DNA of 64,000 nucleotides from Bugula neritina (Eukaryota > Animalia > Bryozoa): positions 7,326,698 through 7,390,697 of the forward strand of contig OZ037765.1 in assembly GCA_964035545.1 (NCBI GenBank), in the 5' to 3' direction. The notes beneath the pieces are model-generated. The model did not search any database, was not told the origin of the DNA, and was given only the letters and a program-made list of their open reading frames with translations. Positions 1 to 12,089 of the stretch are shown piece after piece. Position numbers and translations under genes: made by a program. Every line of letters starts with the position of its first letter. Positions within the stretch are counted from its first letter, which is position 1.

Positions 1-559
1 CATTCTTGATCCTATACTTGTTCACACTACAGCCTACAATGAATTGGTTGAACATTGAAAAAATATGTTACTTACATGTGGTGTATAGACAATTTACATA
101 ATTTATGCCCTCTTATGATAAGTCATATGCTACTTTATAGCATCAAAAAGTTGTGCAGAAATCCAGCTTCATTAGCAGTTGAACAAGGCTATAATTGTAA
201 AAACATTGCTCTCAGACTAGGTTTGTTAAATAAAAGTTTATAATTTATATTGTTGAAACTGCACATTTAAAACCTCATAAACAAAAAATGTTTTTGGGGC
301 ACTTATAGATATAACAACTCAAAACACATCCTTACAACAATGATCATTATGAGTGGAGGTTCAATTTAAAAGATCATATTAAAACAGTTGTAATTTTAAT
401 GTTTATGGTAATTTTGGTGTCCATATAAAAACTGATAATAATTGTAGTAGATATAGTATTGATCCAAACCAAACAAGCCAACCTGTACAGAATATGGGAA
501 TAGTAATAATTAACAAAATTAGTAGCTTATAGCTTTGGCTACAGTAAGACTATGTGACC

Positions 560-1480
560 GCGTAGTCGTGCGATCGTGTGTGTTGAAATTCAACATGAAC
601 ATGCCAATGGGCCATGGCCTATGGTGATGGGGCTAAGCCCAAAATACAACATCAACTACCCCTATCCTACTAAAATAAAAGCCATCACAATATGAATAAT
701 GAATAAAATAAAATATATTTAATGTTTTAAAATTCAAATCAACTCTAATAACCTCTAAACTCTGAAGTCAACAATGTTTAGCCATTTAGGTCGAGAGCAG
801 CTGTGGTCTAGTGATCAAAACACTAACAGTGAATAGTAATACCAATAACTAATAAGTATAACTAAATAGTAAAAGAAATGCAATTAAAAGGTCAGTGCAC
901 GTGGTTTCAATTCCAGCAAAGACTATTAGTATTACTATTAGTGATTGGTGATGATGGAAAGGACATTCTGGTTTACTTTTAGCATTTCAGTTTACTGATA
1001 GTGATTTACATTTAGTCATAATTGTCCCTTTACCATTGCGATTATCATTATGATTATCAAATTGAAATATCATTACCATTATGATTACACTTACAGAAAA
1101 CGAGTCCTTAGCACACTTAAAAAAATCCTTTCCACCAGGGATTGGCACAGCAATGGCGACTATTTTATTACTACGACTATGAGACCAACTAGTACCAGTA
1201 TGAAGTTTGAGTTGAAATCCACTGTAAGTGCATGAACTTTTTTAAATTTATAAAATTAACTCTGAAACTGCAAGTGAATACTGAATATAATAACAAAAAG
1301 TTGAAAATAGATATAGTTGTAACGCAGTAAATTTGGCTTCATATATATGAAAGCAAAATATAAAAATATTTGCTATTAATAACCACAACAATAATCAATA
1401 AACAAATGAATGTCAATATAAAGAGTAGAAAAATAATAATAAAATTGCAATCCGATGATTACGATAACGATGGTGAAAAT
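560..1480. repeat. Degenerate period-6/3 low-complexity tract next to the putative first donor of the left-edge gene
   Basis: Examples: GACTATTAGTATTACTATTAGTGATTGGTGATGAT, ATTATCATTATGATTATC, CTAGTACCAGTATGAAGTTTGAGTTGAAAT. Confidence 0.65.
793..972 (+). mobile_element. Decayed, internally expanded copy of the same or a related tRNA-SINE
   Basis: 793-824 matches the SINE head at 24/32 positions (vs the 63.9-kb copy). 901-972 (GGTTTCAATTCCAGCAAAGACT...ATTGGTGATGATGGAAAGGACATTCTG) matches the B-box block GGGTTCAAACCCAGACAAAGGCCATTGGTGATGTTAGGAAGAGCATCCAG. Confidence 0.7.
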
Positions 1481-2928
1481 CATGAAAAAATTAATAAGTA
1501 AATAATGCAAAACTTGTTATAGCCTGAATTCTCAACTCTTACCTTGACCGTAGCAACTGTTCTCGTGAATGATGTACTCCGTCATTATATTAGAGTTGTC
1601 TTACTCATCACTTTAGTTTGCCACTGAGAGCTATTATCTTGCTAAAGGATTAAATAATATGAGTCTATACTGTTACTCTGCCTAGAACAGGAATGGGTAA
1701 CCTTTTAAGCATCATAAGGGCCAACTTAAAACAATAAATTTCTTGAGAGACTTCGTTGTATAAATATAATTTTTCCTGTATTTAATATAAACTACAAAAT
1801 ATTACATGCATGGTATTCAACAGATGTTGTATCTTGTTGCAATAACAATTGATATAGAATAAATAAAACTAAAGATGTTCTTTTTAGTCATATAGGAGAA
1901 TAAAAATCATATGATACTATTGAGGTTTGAGCCCTTCTGGTATCAATTCCATTGGCATTGTAGAAGGAGTCTTTATACACTGCTAATCTCATAAGCTATT
2001 CATGTTTATAAATTATAGGCCCATGTATTACTAGTCTATAAAATAGCAGAAAGAATTTATTTTCTACAAATAGCTAGCAATGAAAATTTTGACCGACTGT
2101 AGGTTGCTCACATTAGCTCTAGAGCTTTGGATTGTTGGTCCCCATATTTCATAATTACTAAAAATACGATAATTATAATACCAATTACACTTCAATTTAA
2201 ACATAGAAAAATGTTTAACATTTAAATGATTCTATTAATAGCATTTAAGAATTATAATATAATTTTCAATTATTGGCCTAATGAGTATTTTGTAGCCTAA
2301 TATCCATGTATGGAATAGCACTGACTGGAATAATGCATAAAGTTTGAATTGAATAAGACCTAAGCTAGAAGTGCCATCAGTATAAAGTTTAGGTCACAGA
2401 AATAAAAATTATAGTTTTGTAGATGAAAATTCTATATTTGAAAATAAGTTAGTGAGCTTAATTCGAAAAAGAATTGCTGCAAACAATTTATCTACAAAAA
2501 AGGTCATATTTTATTAAGAAATATTAATAGTAAATAATACATTTACAAAGTAAAAAAAACTATAAGCAATAAGTTAAAGTCAATATGTTGAATCTCACCA
2601 TCAAACTTAGCATAAGCCCTAATGCAGTAGTGTTACTATGTTAAACCTCAGAAGTGAAAGATTGCATAGGCATGGAAGACGGAGAGTGTATATGTTTTCG
2701 TAACAATTTTTACTATACACAAGAGGATGTCTGAGAAAATGACAATATAATACATTTACTATATTTTCCAGTGTTAACAAAATGAAGCAGAAAAGTGCAC
2801 AGTATTATAAGAATACAGGTCTAATCATTTCACATTAAATAAAACATATTGATGGTATAGAATACTCCAAACAGTTAGAATAAAGCATAATACATGTATA
2901 TCTAATGAGCACAACTAATTTGTACCAA

Positions 2929-5900
2929 TCAGATTGTTTCTACATAGTTGGAAGGAAACAGGCCCCTTTTCCCGTTGGGAGCCATGCCCATCCACCAACC
3001 CTCGTCTACTGTTTCTATATTTGTAATTAAGTCACCAGGATCAAATGATATCTCATCATCGTCAGCTGCAATAACAATATAAGCACCAAATATAGATCAC
3101 TATGCCGAGAGAACAATTTATTTCTAATAAATATTGCAAGGCACTGGTGAAGCCCAACAGATCTAAGAACCCTTCTGCTACTCCCACAGCTCTAATAGGC
3201 AAAAAAACTGTGCTCGAAGCCTAGTAATTTGATATACAAGTTCTACAATATATTAGAAAATGATTCTGAGTGAATTAAAATTCATGAAAAATGGAGTGTT
3301 GATATGGCTAGAAGATTATGAATTTACAAATTGCAACATACTAACAATACTTACAGAGAAACTATACAGAGTTCTACCAATTTAACAACTATTCATTAAA
3401 AGTGATTATATTCATAAATCAATACTTCTATGCTAATTGTGACAGTTTATTTTGATTATATGCAAACAATAACTACAAACATGCCTATTCACATAATGAT
3501 TGTAAAAGCAAGAATTGCAAAATTTGCTCCAAATCATTGTGCAAGATATTACAAAATTTATCAATGATAAAATTGACACTATTTATACAACAATGGATGG
3601 ATGCCAATGAAATGGTTAGCAAACAAAGAACACCATAGCATTTATATATATATATATATATAGTTTTTATGATTATATATATATATATAACGCACATCCT
3701 ATGCTATTGGATTACATAATTAGCTAGTACAACTCTCTTGCTTTCTACTCATGACAATGAATCAGAATGATTATCATGGCAAATTAAAAAACAGTGAAGC
3801 AATCATGGGAAGCAAGTATTAATCACTTTAAACAATATGGTGGTCACAACTAGAATGGAATAAAAATAGGAAAACTAAAACAAGACAAAGAATAGTTTGA
3901 TTCTACACAAATATTTAACAAAAAGTTCTGCAAATGGTGAGATTATAATGCTAGTTGGAGGCAAGCATCTTTATAATTCAGAGATGGTTGATAAGAAAGT
4001 AAACATTATTCAGCTACTAGGTGACCTCTAGAACAAATAATCTAATCAATGTTATGCAAAACAACCTTCAGCTCTTATAGATAAAATTTCACTGATTATT
4101 ATTATTTCATTGATATGTTTTTGTAAACATATCTACAGCCTAAAGTCATTGACGGTTTCATTTTGTGTGAAATCCCCTCCTACACAGAAAATATTGGTTC
4201 CGCTGGGAGGCACACTAGCTCAACTTTTCCTTCAATTTTAACTAACAAAAAGCTTGAGTTAATTTTTATTTCAACAATAACTTAACTAGTAGAAATATCG
4301 AATAGACACTTTTGGCAGTATTTGTCAGATAAAACTCATGCAAGATTATAGTCACTATCGCTGTGAGAACCCCTGATGGAAAGGACTTTTGTTAAAGCAG
4401 GCTAAGGACTTATTCAGATGAGGCACAGGAGCAATTATGACTGGATGCTCTTCCTAACATCACCAATGGCCTTTGTCTGGGTTTGAACCCATAACTTCGT
4501 GCTTACCAGGCAAACGCTCTAACCTCTAGACCATGGCTGCTCCCTCGTATTTGTCAGATACAATGTTTGAAAATTTCAGAGCAAATGAAAATTTTAAATA
4601 TAGTAGTTTAATTATGATTTTAAAGTTAATAATGCACACTGAGATAGTAAATAGTTAATTATTACACTAACCGGCTTGATAGTCATACAGGGCTCTAGCC
4701 TGATGAGATGAACCATCTTCATCAGCTGGTGATGGTATGGACTGAGGTGGCTGATGGAAAGTAGATACATCACCCTGGTCCTCCATCACAGGTGCTACAA
4801 CGTATATAAATATGTAAAGCTTCACTTAGTTGTTGATAGAACACGCTAGGAAAAAATTGTCAGAAAAATTAGAAGATTGACAATGTGATGCCACATTAAC
4901 ACCAGCTCTTGCATACTAGTGCTGTACAGGCAAGACATAAAATAGGTTCTATCCATTGTGTAGAAAGTAGCACAATAACCACTTACAATCCCAATCTTGT
5001 TCTTCCTCCTCGTCTGAATCTGGTATAGGAGGAACCATGGAATGCATTACTGGAGGTGCCAATGGACTTGGTTCTCTTGGAGGTGGTGATGGTTCTCTTG
5101 GGGGTGGTGATGGCTCTCTTGGAGGTGGTGATGGTTCCCTTCGAGGTGGTGGTGATGGTTCTCTTGGAGGTGGTGATGGTTCTCTTCGAGGCGGTGGGGA
5201 TGGCTCTCTTGGAGGCGGTGGTGTTGGTTTCACAGGATTAAATGGCCGCACCACTTTTCTACAACATAAAAACTTCTATTGAATACACTAAAATACTTTA
5301 TACTGTCTTATAGGCAGTAATATTTTTATGTATGGTGAGAGCCTAAGGATCAGTGTGTGCACAGAAACCATACTTGATTACAAAAATGTTATGCATTTAC
5401 ATCTACAACACTCTATGATATCATGAAAATAATCATATATAGTTGATAAGCTTATGTTGTGTGGAGATAGCAACTTTCGTAACACATAAAGCCATGACTA
5501 GAATGTTTGGTAGAGATTGCCAGTGCATAGCAGGCATATCTTCCATAGAAAAGATAAAAATAAAGTGTAACAGCTGCATTGAAGCAGGTAATACACATAA
5601 TACACATACGAAATTCCTCCTATCATGACAATATGTGACTAACAAAGATGCTGCATGCTTTTATTGCTGGTGTTTATTTATCCCATATTTCATTACTCAG
5701 GCAATTATAAATATTCATTTACCTGTCAGGGAGTAGGGGGGAGGGTAGATTATTACAAAAGAAAAACAAAGCTAGTTATTAGCAAAGAAATGAGCATATA
5801 TACCAGCTACAGCTAATGTTACATAAGTACATTTTATTACTAATAGCATAATTATTGATAAATAAAATAATGTCAATTATTAATAATAAATGCTTTAATT

Positions 5901-8900
5901 TTACAATGCAGTCTATGCACAACAATGCTTCAAGACATTACTCAAAACAATAAAAAAGATAATGATTCAAAGTTTTTAAAGGCTAAGTATGGAAAAGGGT
6001 CTAGCCTAAGAAAAACAAAACTTGCCCAGGTAAGAATTTGAACCTGTTTTTACTACACAAGAACTTAATATAATATGCTTTGTAAACATAGAGCGCCACA
6101 GTCAGTATTAAACACTAAGTTCTTACTTTGGTGGTGCGGGAGGGGGTACCTCTTCTCTGGATGCTGCCCGTTCTCTCTGCTTGAACATCTCTCTAGGATT
6201 GTTTTCTCTTGACTTCACAAGTTGTGCAGCTTCCTAAATATAAACCAACATCAAGTACAAAAAGGGGTAATTTTCAATATATTCAACTCAACAAATTTCA
6301 GTTTAAAAAGTTACAATGAATGTTTCAACTTAAAATAAGAACTAAAGAGGGTTAAATACCAGCTGGTAGCCTCAAAATGGTCAGTAAATGAAATGACTGC
6401 TAAGGAAAATTATAACCAAGTTTCAAATTATCTTTTTCATTTATGCTTATAGAAGGCTTATTCATGCTTGTAGCAAGCTTATCTAAGCTCATTGGAATTC
6501 CTTATTATTGAACATGATGAGAGGAGAGTGCTGGTGTGCTCAATCACTTAGGTTTTACACGGTAATCATTGCATAGAACAACTAGATATCAAAGTTGAGG
6601 TCTTCAATAACCAAAATTTCAGTTTCAAAACTGCAAAGAATATTTATTTGATTTGTAAGTAGGATACTGTTATTCCACCGGAAAGTTGATTAAATTGTTA
6701 ATGAAAGCAGAAGAGATTATGAAGCAATAGGTTTGATGGAATGATTGATGAGGTACTTGATTTATGCATAATCACATGATGTTTATGTATTGACAATATA
6801 CAGTTTACTCCTAGTTAGAACCACTCCAAGTGTTGTGTACTGTTTAAAAGGGATTATGTTATGCAGGTATTAATGCCAATAATTAACATATAGAAGCGCA
6901 CCTGGTGATACACAACAATATCAGAATATCTGTGCAGGTGAAAAAAATATTGTTATAAATGAAAATGTAAGCCACATCATGCCAAAAAAGTTGCTGATGA
7001 TGAAACTAGGGATGTGCGTTTTTTAATACAGAGAACAATTCTGTCTATTTATTACAACGAATAAAATAGTTGTTTCTGCAGAAAGATCACAACGCTTTGT
7101 TATTGAAACTTTTTACACACATTTTGCATTACCATTACCATTATTCTTATTATTATTAGCTGTATCACAGCATTTGAGTTTTTGCTGGTGCAATCTCCTA
7201 CTATCGACCTAGTTCCACTAGGCTGGAATGAATAGGACATTATTATCATCATCATTTATATTACTATCAACAATTATTATTCTCATTGGACTAAATTTAT
7301 CCTAGCAACTCACAGCAGCTCTCTGTTTGCGTAGTGATTCACTGCGAGTCCGCCGCTCCTCTTCGTCATTATCATCATCTTGCTGCTGATTAACACGACT
7401 CGATTGCTGGCCAGCTTTGGCAGCGGCAGCTTCAGCATCCCGCTGCTGCTTCACTTGAGTGGAATGTTGCAAAATTCTTTTCTCTCGTTCTTGAGCTTCA
7501 ATAAGCTAAAAAAAGAAAAAATGCAAAAATAGCAATTCCAATAAAATTGACTTCTTAGCTAAAATTAGGAGATACGAATTTAAAATAGCGCAATCTTAAT
7601 TTCAACTGAAAAATACTCAAAATGTTTTTAGTTACGACTAATTAAAAGGTTGTTTCGTTTAATAACTTTAGTATAATAAAATTTTATTTTCAAAGAGTTT
7701 AAGCTCAAGTAGACAAGGGTCCTTTGCACTTCTATCGAAACATTGGAAATGCATTTGATTTTCCATGTTAATACATGATCATAATGAATGATTAACAACT
7801 CATCATTGTATACTGTTACAGCTGTATGCTAGAGGGCAACCCAGCTAAAGAAAAAAAATCCCATTGCTAATAACATCTATTAGATCAGTTGACCAAACAA
7901 CTAAAGATGTTACAATCCTCTGAGACATTATTGGTTGAGGGGCATAAACACCTACTTCTCTCTCTCTTCTTTCTTTGTCCATTTTCTGCTGAACCGCTCT
8001 CTTGCTTTGTAATTCTGCTTTCTTCCGGTCATCTTCCTCCTTCTATAGAAATAACGCAGACAAAATTTGGCAGATACTGTAATTTACCATAACCATTGCT
8101 AGGTGATGAGTGGTAGGCAAGATGCAAATGCAACACAAATAGTGTACCTCAGTCTTTTCCCAAAACTGGTCCCGTGCACTTATTTTAATTTCTGCTGCAG
8201 GCAAAGTTTTCTTATAAACAGAACCTATAGGTCCACTAGCTTCCTCCATCTTCACGGCCTTCTCTTTGTGAACACTAAAAAAGTTCCATTGCTATAATTT
8301 ATAGGCATTTCACTTGCACAGTATGATAACCGTTCTCATACGTTATAACACAGTGCAGAGCAAACTAACTAATAGTATAATGAGAATACGATTGAAGTAT
8401 TTCTATAGTTATAGAAGGAGTTGATCCGCTAAATTTGATTCTCCTGTTAAATAATCACCTAGGAAGTCACATTGCTATTCATAAAACTATTGATGTGAGA
8501 CTACTAGAAGGTAAAAGTAGTGCAGCAATAGCAATATTACAGTAACTCTGTCTTTAACCTATAGCATCGCAACTTTGTTAAACTTTTAGCATATTTTTTT
8601 TCCTCATATTTTTCTACATGGTATGAAGGTTTGATAGAGAAATACCTGTAATTGGAGCCTGAAGACTTTGCTACTTGCTTTAATATGTCATCTGTATCTA
8701 GATCAGCCTCGTCCCTGGCGTTCACCGTAACATGAGCACCCTAAGTAACACAACACATGTGACTGGTAATAAACCGAAGCTTACTTCAGTGTAAAATTCT
8801 ATTAAAAATATTCTCAGCTGATGCACGAGGAATCTATATTATAGTTTGAGTTAAGAAGCTTCAGCTTTGACCTACTAACCAAAGCAAGAGCCATACATAG

Positions 8901-11658
8901 ATTCTCACATGAAAAGTTTTAGAAGGTAATGACTCTAAAAGCTTTACCAAATATGCCTAATTTTTCAACTCTTTAGGATAGCATTTCCCCCTAATATATG
9001 TTTAAGAATATATGAACATATATTTATATATTTGTAAAGATATATTAGAATTCACTAAAAAAATCTTCAGTTCATATAATCAATCCGCATTTCGCTAAAA
9101 TGTGTTTAGTTCAACTTCTGACTTGCTAGTGGATTTTTGTACTCTTTTAATAAATTCTTAATTCATTTTTCAAATTAAGATATTGAAAACCAATAAGCAT
9201 AGTTGCCGGCTAACAAACTCGTTTTTTCTCTGATAAACGATTAGAAAATTATTTATGCTTTCATTACCATAAACCTCCTACAGTGTCCTGCAAAAACACC
9301 CCTGACAAAGATTTGATGAGTGACAGGATGCTGGAGATAATCTCCAGAACTGATATTAATCAAGCGGTTAACATACTATGGAGGTGCACATATTTTACCC
9401 TCAGAAGTGCCGCTACATCTCTAACATGACTAGCACATCTTCCCTTGAGAGTATCAGGCGCACCATCTCCTTGCCAGTTGACCAGAACAAACTTAGCTAG
9501 CCCTGTGTTAGGATCTGTTACTCTACAGTAAGCATACTGTATTTTCCCACTATTGAGGGAGTCCACCATCTCCTCAAAATCCCCATCTATAGGAAAAAAA
9601 CTTGCTAGGGTAAATATTCTTCCAGTTTGGAACAAAATATGTTTCATAAAAACGGATATTATTCCCAAAACTGTCGTTGCCAAACAGATTGTTTGCATGG
9701 TACTGAGCATGGTACTGTTTCCTGATAGGAATTAAACATTTAACCAGGTTCTATACAAGTCAATACTTCACAGAATTAAACATCTCACCGCCTGTTTCCA
9801 CTACCTTCAATACTCCTGTTTGACCTTCATACCCAAATATCGCCCTAAAACAAGTTGAAGAACTTTACTATGTGCAGTATAGGAAATTAAATACCTATTA
9901 TCATCTTATTTTTTGAAAAACATTTCATTAATTATTAAACTGACAACTGACTAATAATTAGCATTGGTAATTTGTACCAAAAGTTAGAAAACATTACCAC
10001 AAGAGTGAACTAGTTGAACACTTTATTCCCTATGACAAATAATAGCCAATATGCATAATATTGTCATCATAATCAGGTATGTCAAATTCGACAGCACTTT
10101 CATTTAAAAAATGGATACAATAATGATAATTACTGATAGTAACTTTAATTAACACCAATATTTTTAAGTCAAGATTTATTATTTTAAGCGCTTTATTGTA
10201 AATTACTTTCATCAAGTCTGATGGCTCTGAACTGTTACTTTATATAATATAGTTTATGACATGCCTATAATATAAATCACATTAAGTTACATTTAAGATT
10301 ATTAGAATATGCCGGTGTAATAATAATTAGCATGGCTCTGAGCCTAATGAGCTACCATTACCATATAGGGAACAGCACACATGAGTTTCTAAGTGTTTCA
10401 AAGTACACACCAATTAGCTAAATTTCCCACATACATGTTAAGTAAAAGTCAGCATAGTTTGTTGTTGTCAGCACAAATTCCAACTCATGCTAAGCCAAAC
10501 CAAGTCAAAGTCAAGGCAAAACAGCCAAGTCAAACAGAATAATGAAATGTATAAAATAATATTTATTTAAAATAACTTACTTTGCGCATTAACTTTGTGC
10601 ATTTGTGCAATTTTATATTTGAATTGTGGTGCAGAATATTAACAAAGTTCCATTAGAAGCTAGTAAAAAGCTACCATTTGATTGCTTTTACATAATACAA
10701 TACACAAGAACAAATGTTGCTAAAAACTGCAAAAATTATATTATGAAATTTAAAATTTTGCCTTGCCTAAAGTTTAAGCACATGCTGAAAGTTGATTGAA
10801 ATTTTAAATAAATCCTAAGTTAAAAACAAGTCAAACATTTTAACAAAAAAATACTTGAATTCATATGACTACAATCTATTTCTGTTTGGATTATCATTAT
10901 TTATTTAAGGTATTTACAATGTTTTATATAAATGTTTTACATATAACCTAAAATAAAAACCTGCCAATTTTATTATTTTGATCTGAAATGTCTTATGCAT
11001 AATCTTTAACTAATTATACATCATATATATTATATTATATGCATCAATTTTTAACTTCAGGCGTTGAATTGCCAGGTATGTCATTGCATGGATTAACTTG
11101 AATAATTGAATTTGATTTGAATTTATTTTAATCTATCATGCTCATCAAATTGAAATCAACACAACTTTGACTACTAAGTCTATTAAAAAAAATAAAATAG
11201 CATATTTAATTATTAAAACACTTTATTATATTTAACTTTATTGCATTAATAAAATTCAAATGTGATTAATAATAATAATATTAATATGGCCGAGTAATCG
11301 AGTACAGATAGTTATTGAAACAGGCCAGTTAGCTGAAAACAAGATTTTATTACTAGTAGCAAACTTTTATATGAACATTTCTCGATTTTACTATTAGTAT
11401 TACTTATAGTAATACTAATAGTTATTTCGTTTTACTTTTAGAGTTTTACTATTAGTATTTCAATTTGAATTTGACTATTTCATTTTCATACTTCATTATT
11501 TGTATCATGTGTGCTATGAAAGCTTCAATTATTGTTTCTATATATTGAATATGTATTTTTAAAACAATAACTAACCAAGTATTAGCAGAATCAACATTTG
11601 ATATATCTTTCCAGGTCGAGATTATTGCTTCCTTGTTTTTTCTTAAATCCAAAGCCAT
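2929..11658 (-). CDS. DBNL: Drebrin-like protein / actin-binding protein 1 (ADF-H, charged helix, Pro-rich region, SH3), ~488 aa, 11 exons
   Basis: Exons 11658-11576, 9844-9789, 9586-9399, 8740-8646, 8274-8148, 8042-7956, 7505-7314, 6233-6127, 5258-4987, 4794-4672, 3065-2929; all GT-AG, total 1467 nt in frame. ADF-H motifs [38 protein letters not shown] and [12 protein letters not shown]-terminal SH3 [20 protein letters not shown]...GWWMG...GLFPSNYV. Confidence 0.95.
3643..3689. repeat. Interrupted (TA)n microsatellite
   Basis: Two TA runs separated by GTTTTTATGAT. Confidence 0.85.
4332..4546 (-). mobile_element. tRNA-derived SINE, full length, in DBNL intron 10
   Basis: Sense strand GGGAGCAGCCATGGTCTAGAGG (A box) ... 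GGTTCAAACCC (B box), then a non-tRNA body ending GAGTTT. 14-bp TSD GTATTTGTCAGATA at 4318-4331 and 4547-4560. Colinear with the copy at 63732-63946. Confidence 0.92.
5066..5222 (-). repeat. Coding tandem repeat, 7 units of 21/24 nt encoding PPP(R)REPS, in DBNL exon 9
   Basis: Plus strand reads GATGGTTCTCTTGGAGGTGGT-like units; seven REPS motifs in the translation. Confidence 0.92.
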
Positions 11659-11659
11659 G

Positions 11660-12000
11660 GCTATGGTTGAAATCTTCTATTACTATTAAATGCAACAGGA
11701 AATGAGGAAAACGTCACTGGAATAGGAGCTCTGAAAAATCTATTGTCTTTTTCGCAGGCCGTTTTATAATTCGGTATTACGACGTAACGCGCGTCTCTTG
11801 AAGCGTTTACAAAAGGTTGGATTCTCGATATGAACGTATGACATTACGCTAACTTTGGATTTGACATTCGCCACTCACAGCGTTGCGCGCCATCTCGATG
11901 AAGGAAGCGTAACACTAATACTAATAGTAATAGACGACAGTTCATCCATTCAACTTCGTTACCTCTCAGTTCTTTCGACTCTAATCAGACTGAATAACTG
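11660..12000. promoter_or_regulatory. Bidirectional promoter region, DBNL / Ski-like gene
   Basis: CpG-rich patch (TACGACGTAACGCGCGTC, CGTTGCGCGCCATCTCG with a YY1-like GCCAT core) in an otherwise CpG-poor region, directly upstream of the DBNL ATG. TSS positions are inferred. Confidence 0.6.
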
Positions 12001-12089
12001 TAATATTTAATGTTTTAAATGTATGTTCACATCATATTCTGCATTAGTTGATTTAAATTCTATGTAAGATAAAAATATTGATGAAATTA

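Larger units (their letters stand above)
1..1585 (-). other. Probable 5' end (first exon plus start of second exon) of a gene continuing off the left edge; product unknown
   Basis: Minus strand has ATG at 1585 reading MTEYIIHENSCYGQ up to a consensus donor AAG|GTAAGA at 1543/1542. A phase-compatible acceptor TTGTAG| at 34/33 continues open (GCSVNKYRIKN) to the window edge. CpGs are locally retained and a first-intron-type periodic tract follows. The exon could equally be 5' UTR. Confidence 0.35.

Noticed and set aside
4470-4546. Functional tRNA gene (also 63870-63946)
   Set aside because: A and B boxes are present but no acceptor stem closes, and the head is fused to a shared body with TSDs, so it is a SINE.
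5037-5282. Gly-rich plus-strand ORF (GGGDGSL repeats) and overlapping Val/Leu-rich ORF
   Set aside because: They are antisense shadows of the Pro-rich DBNL exon 9.
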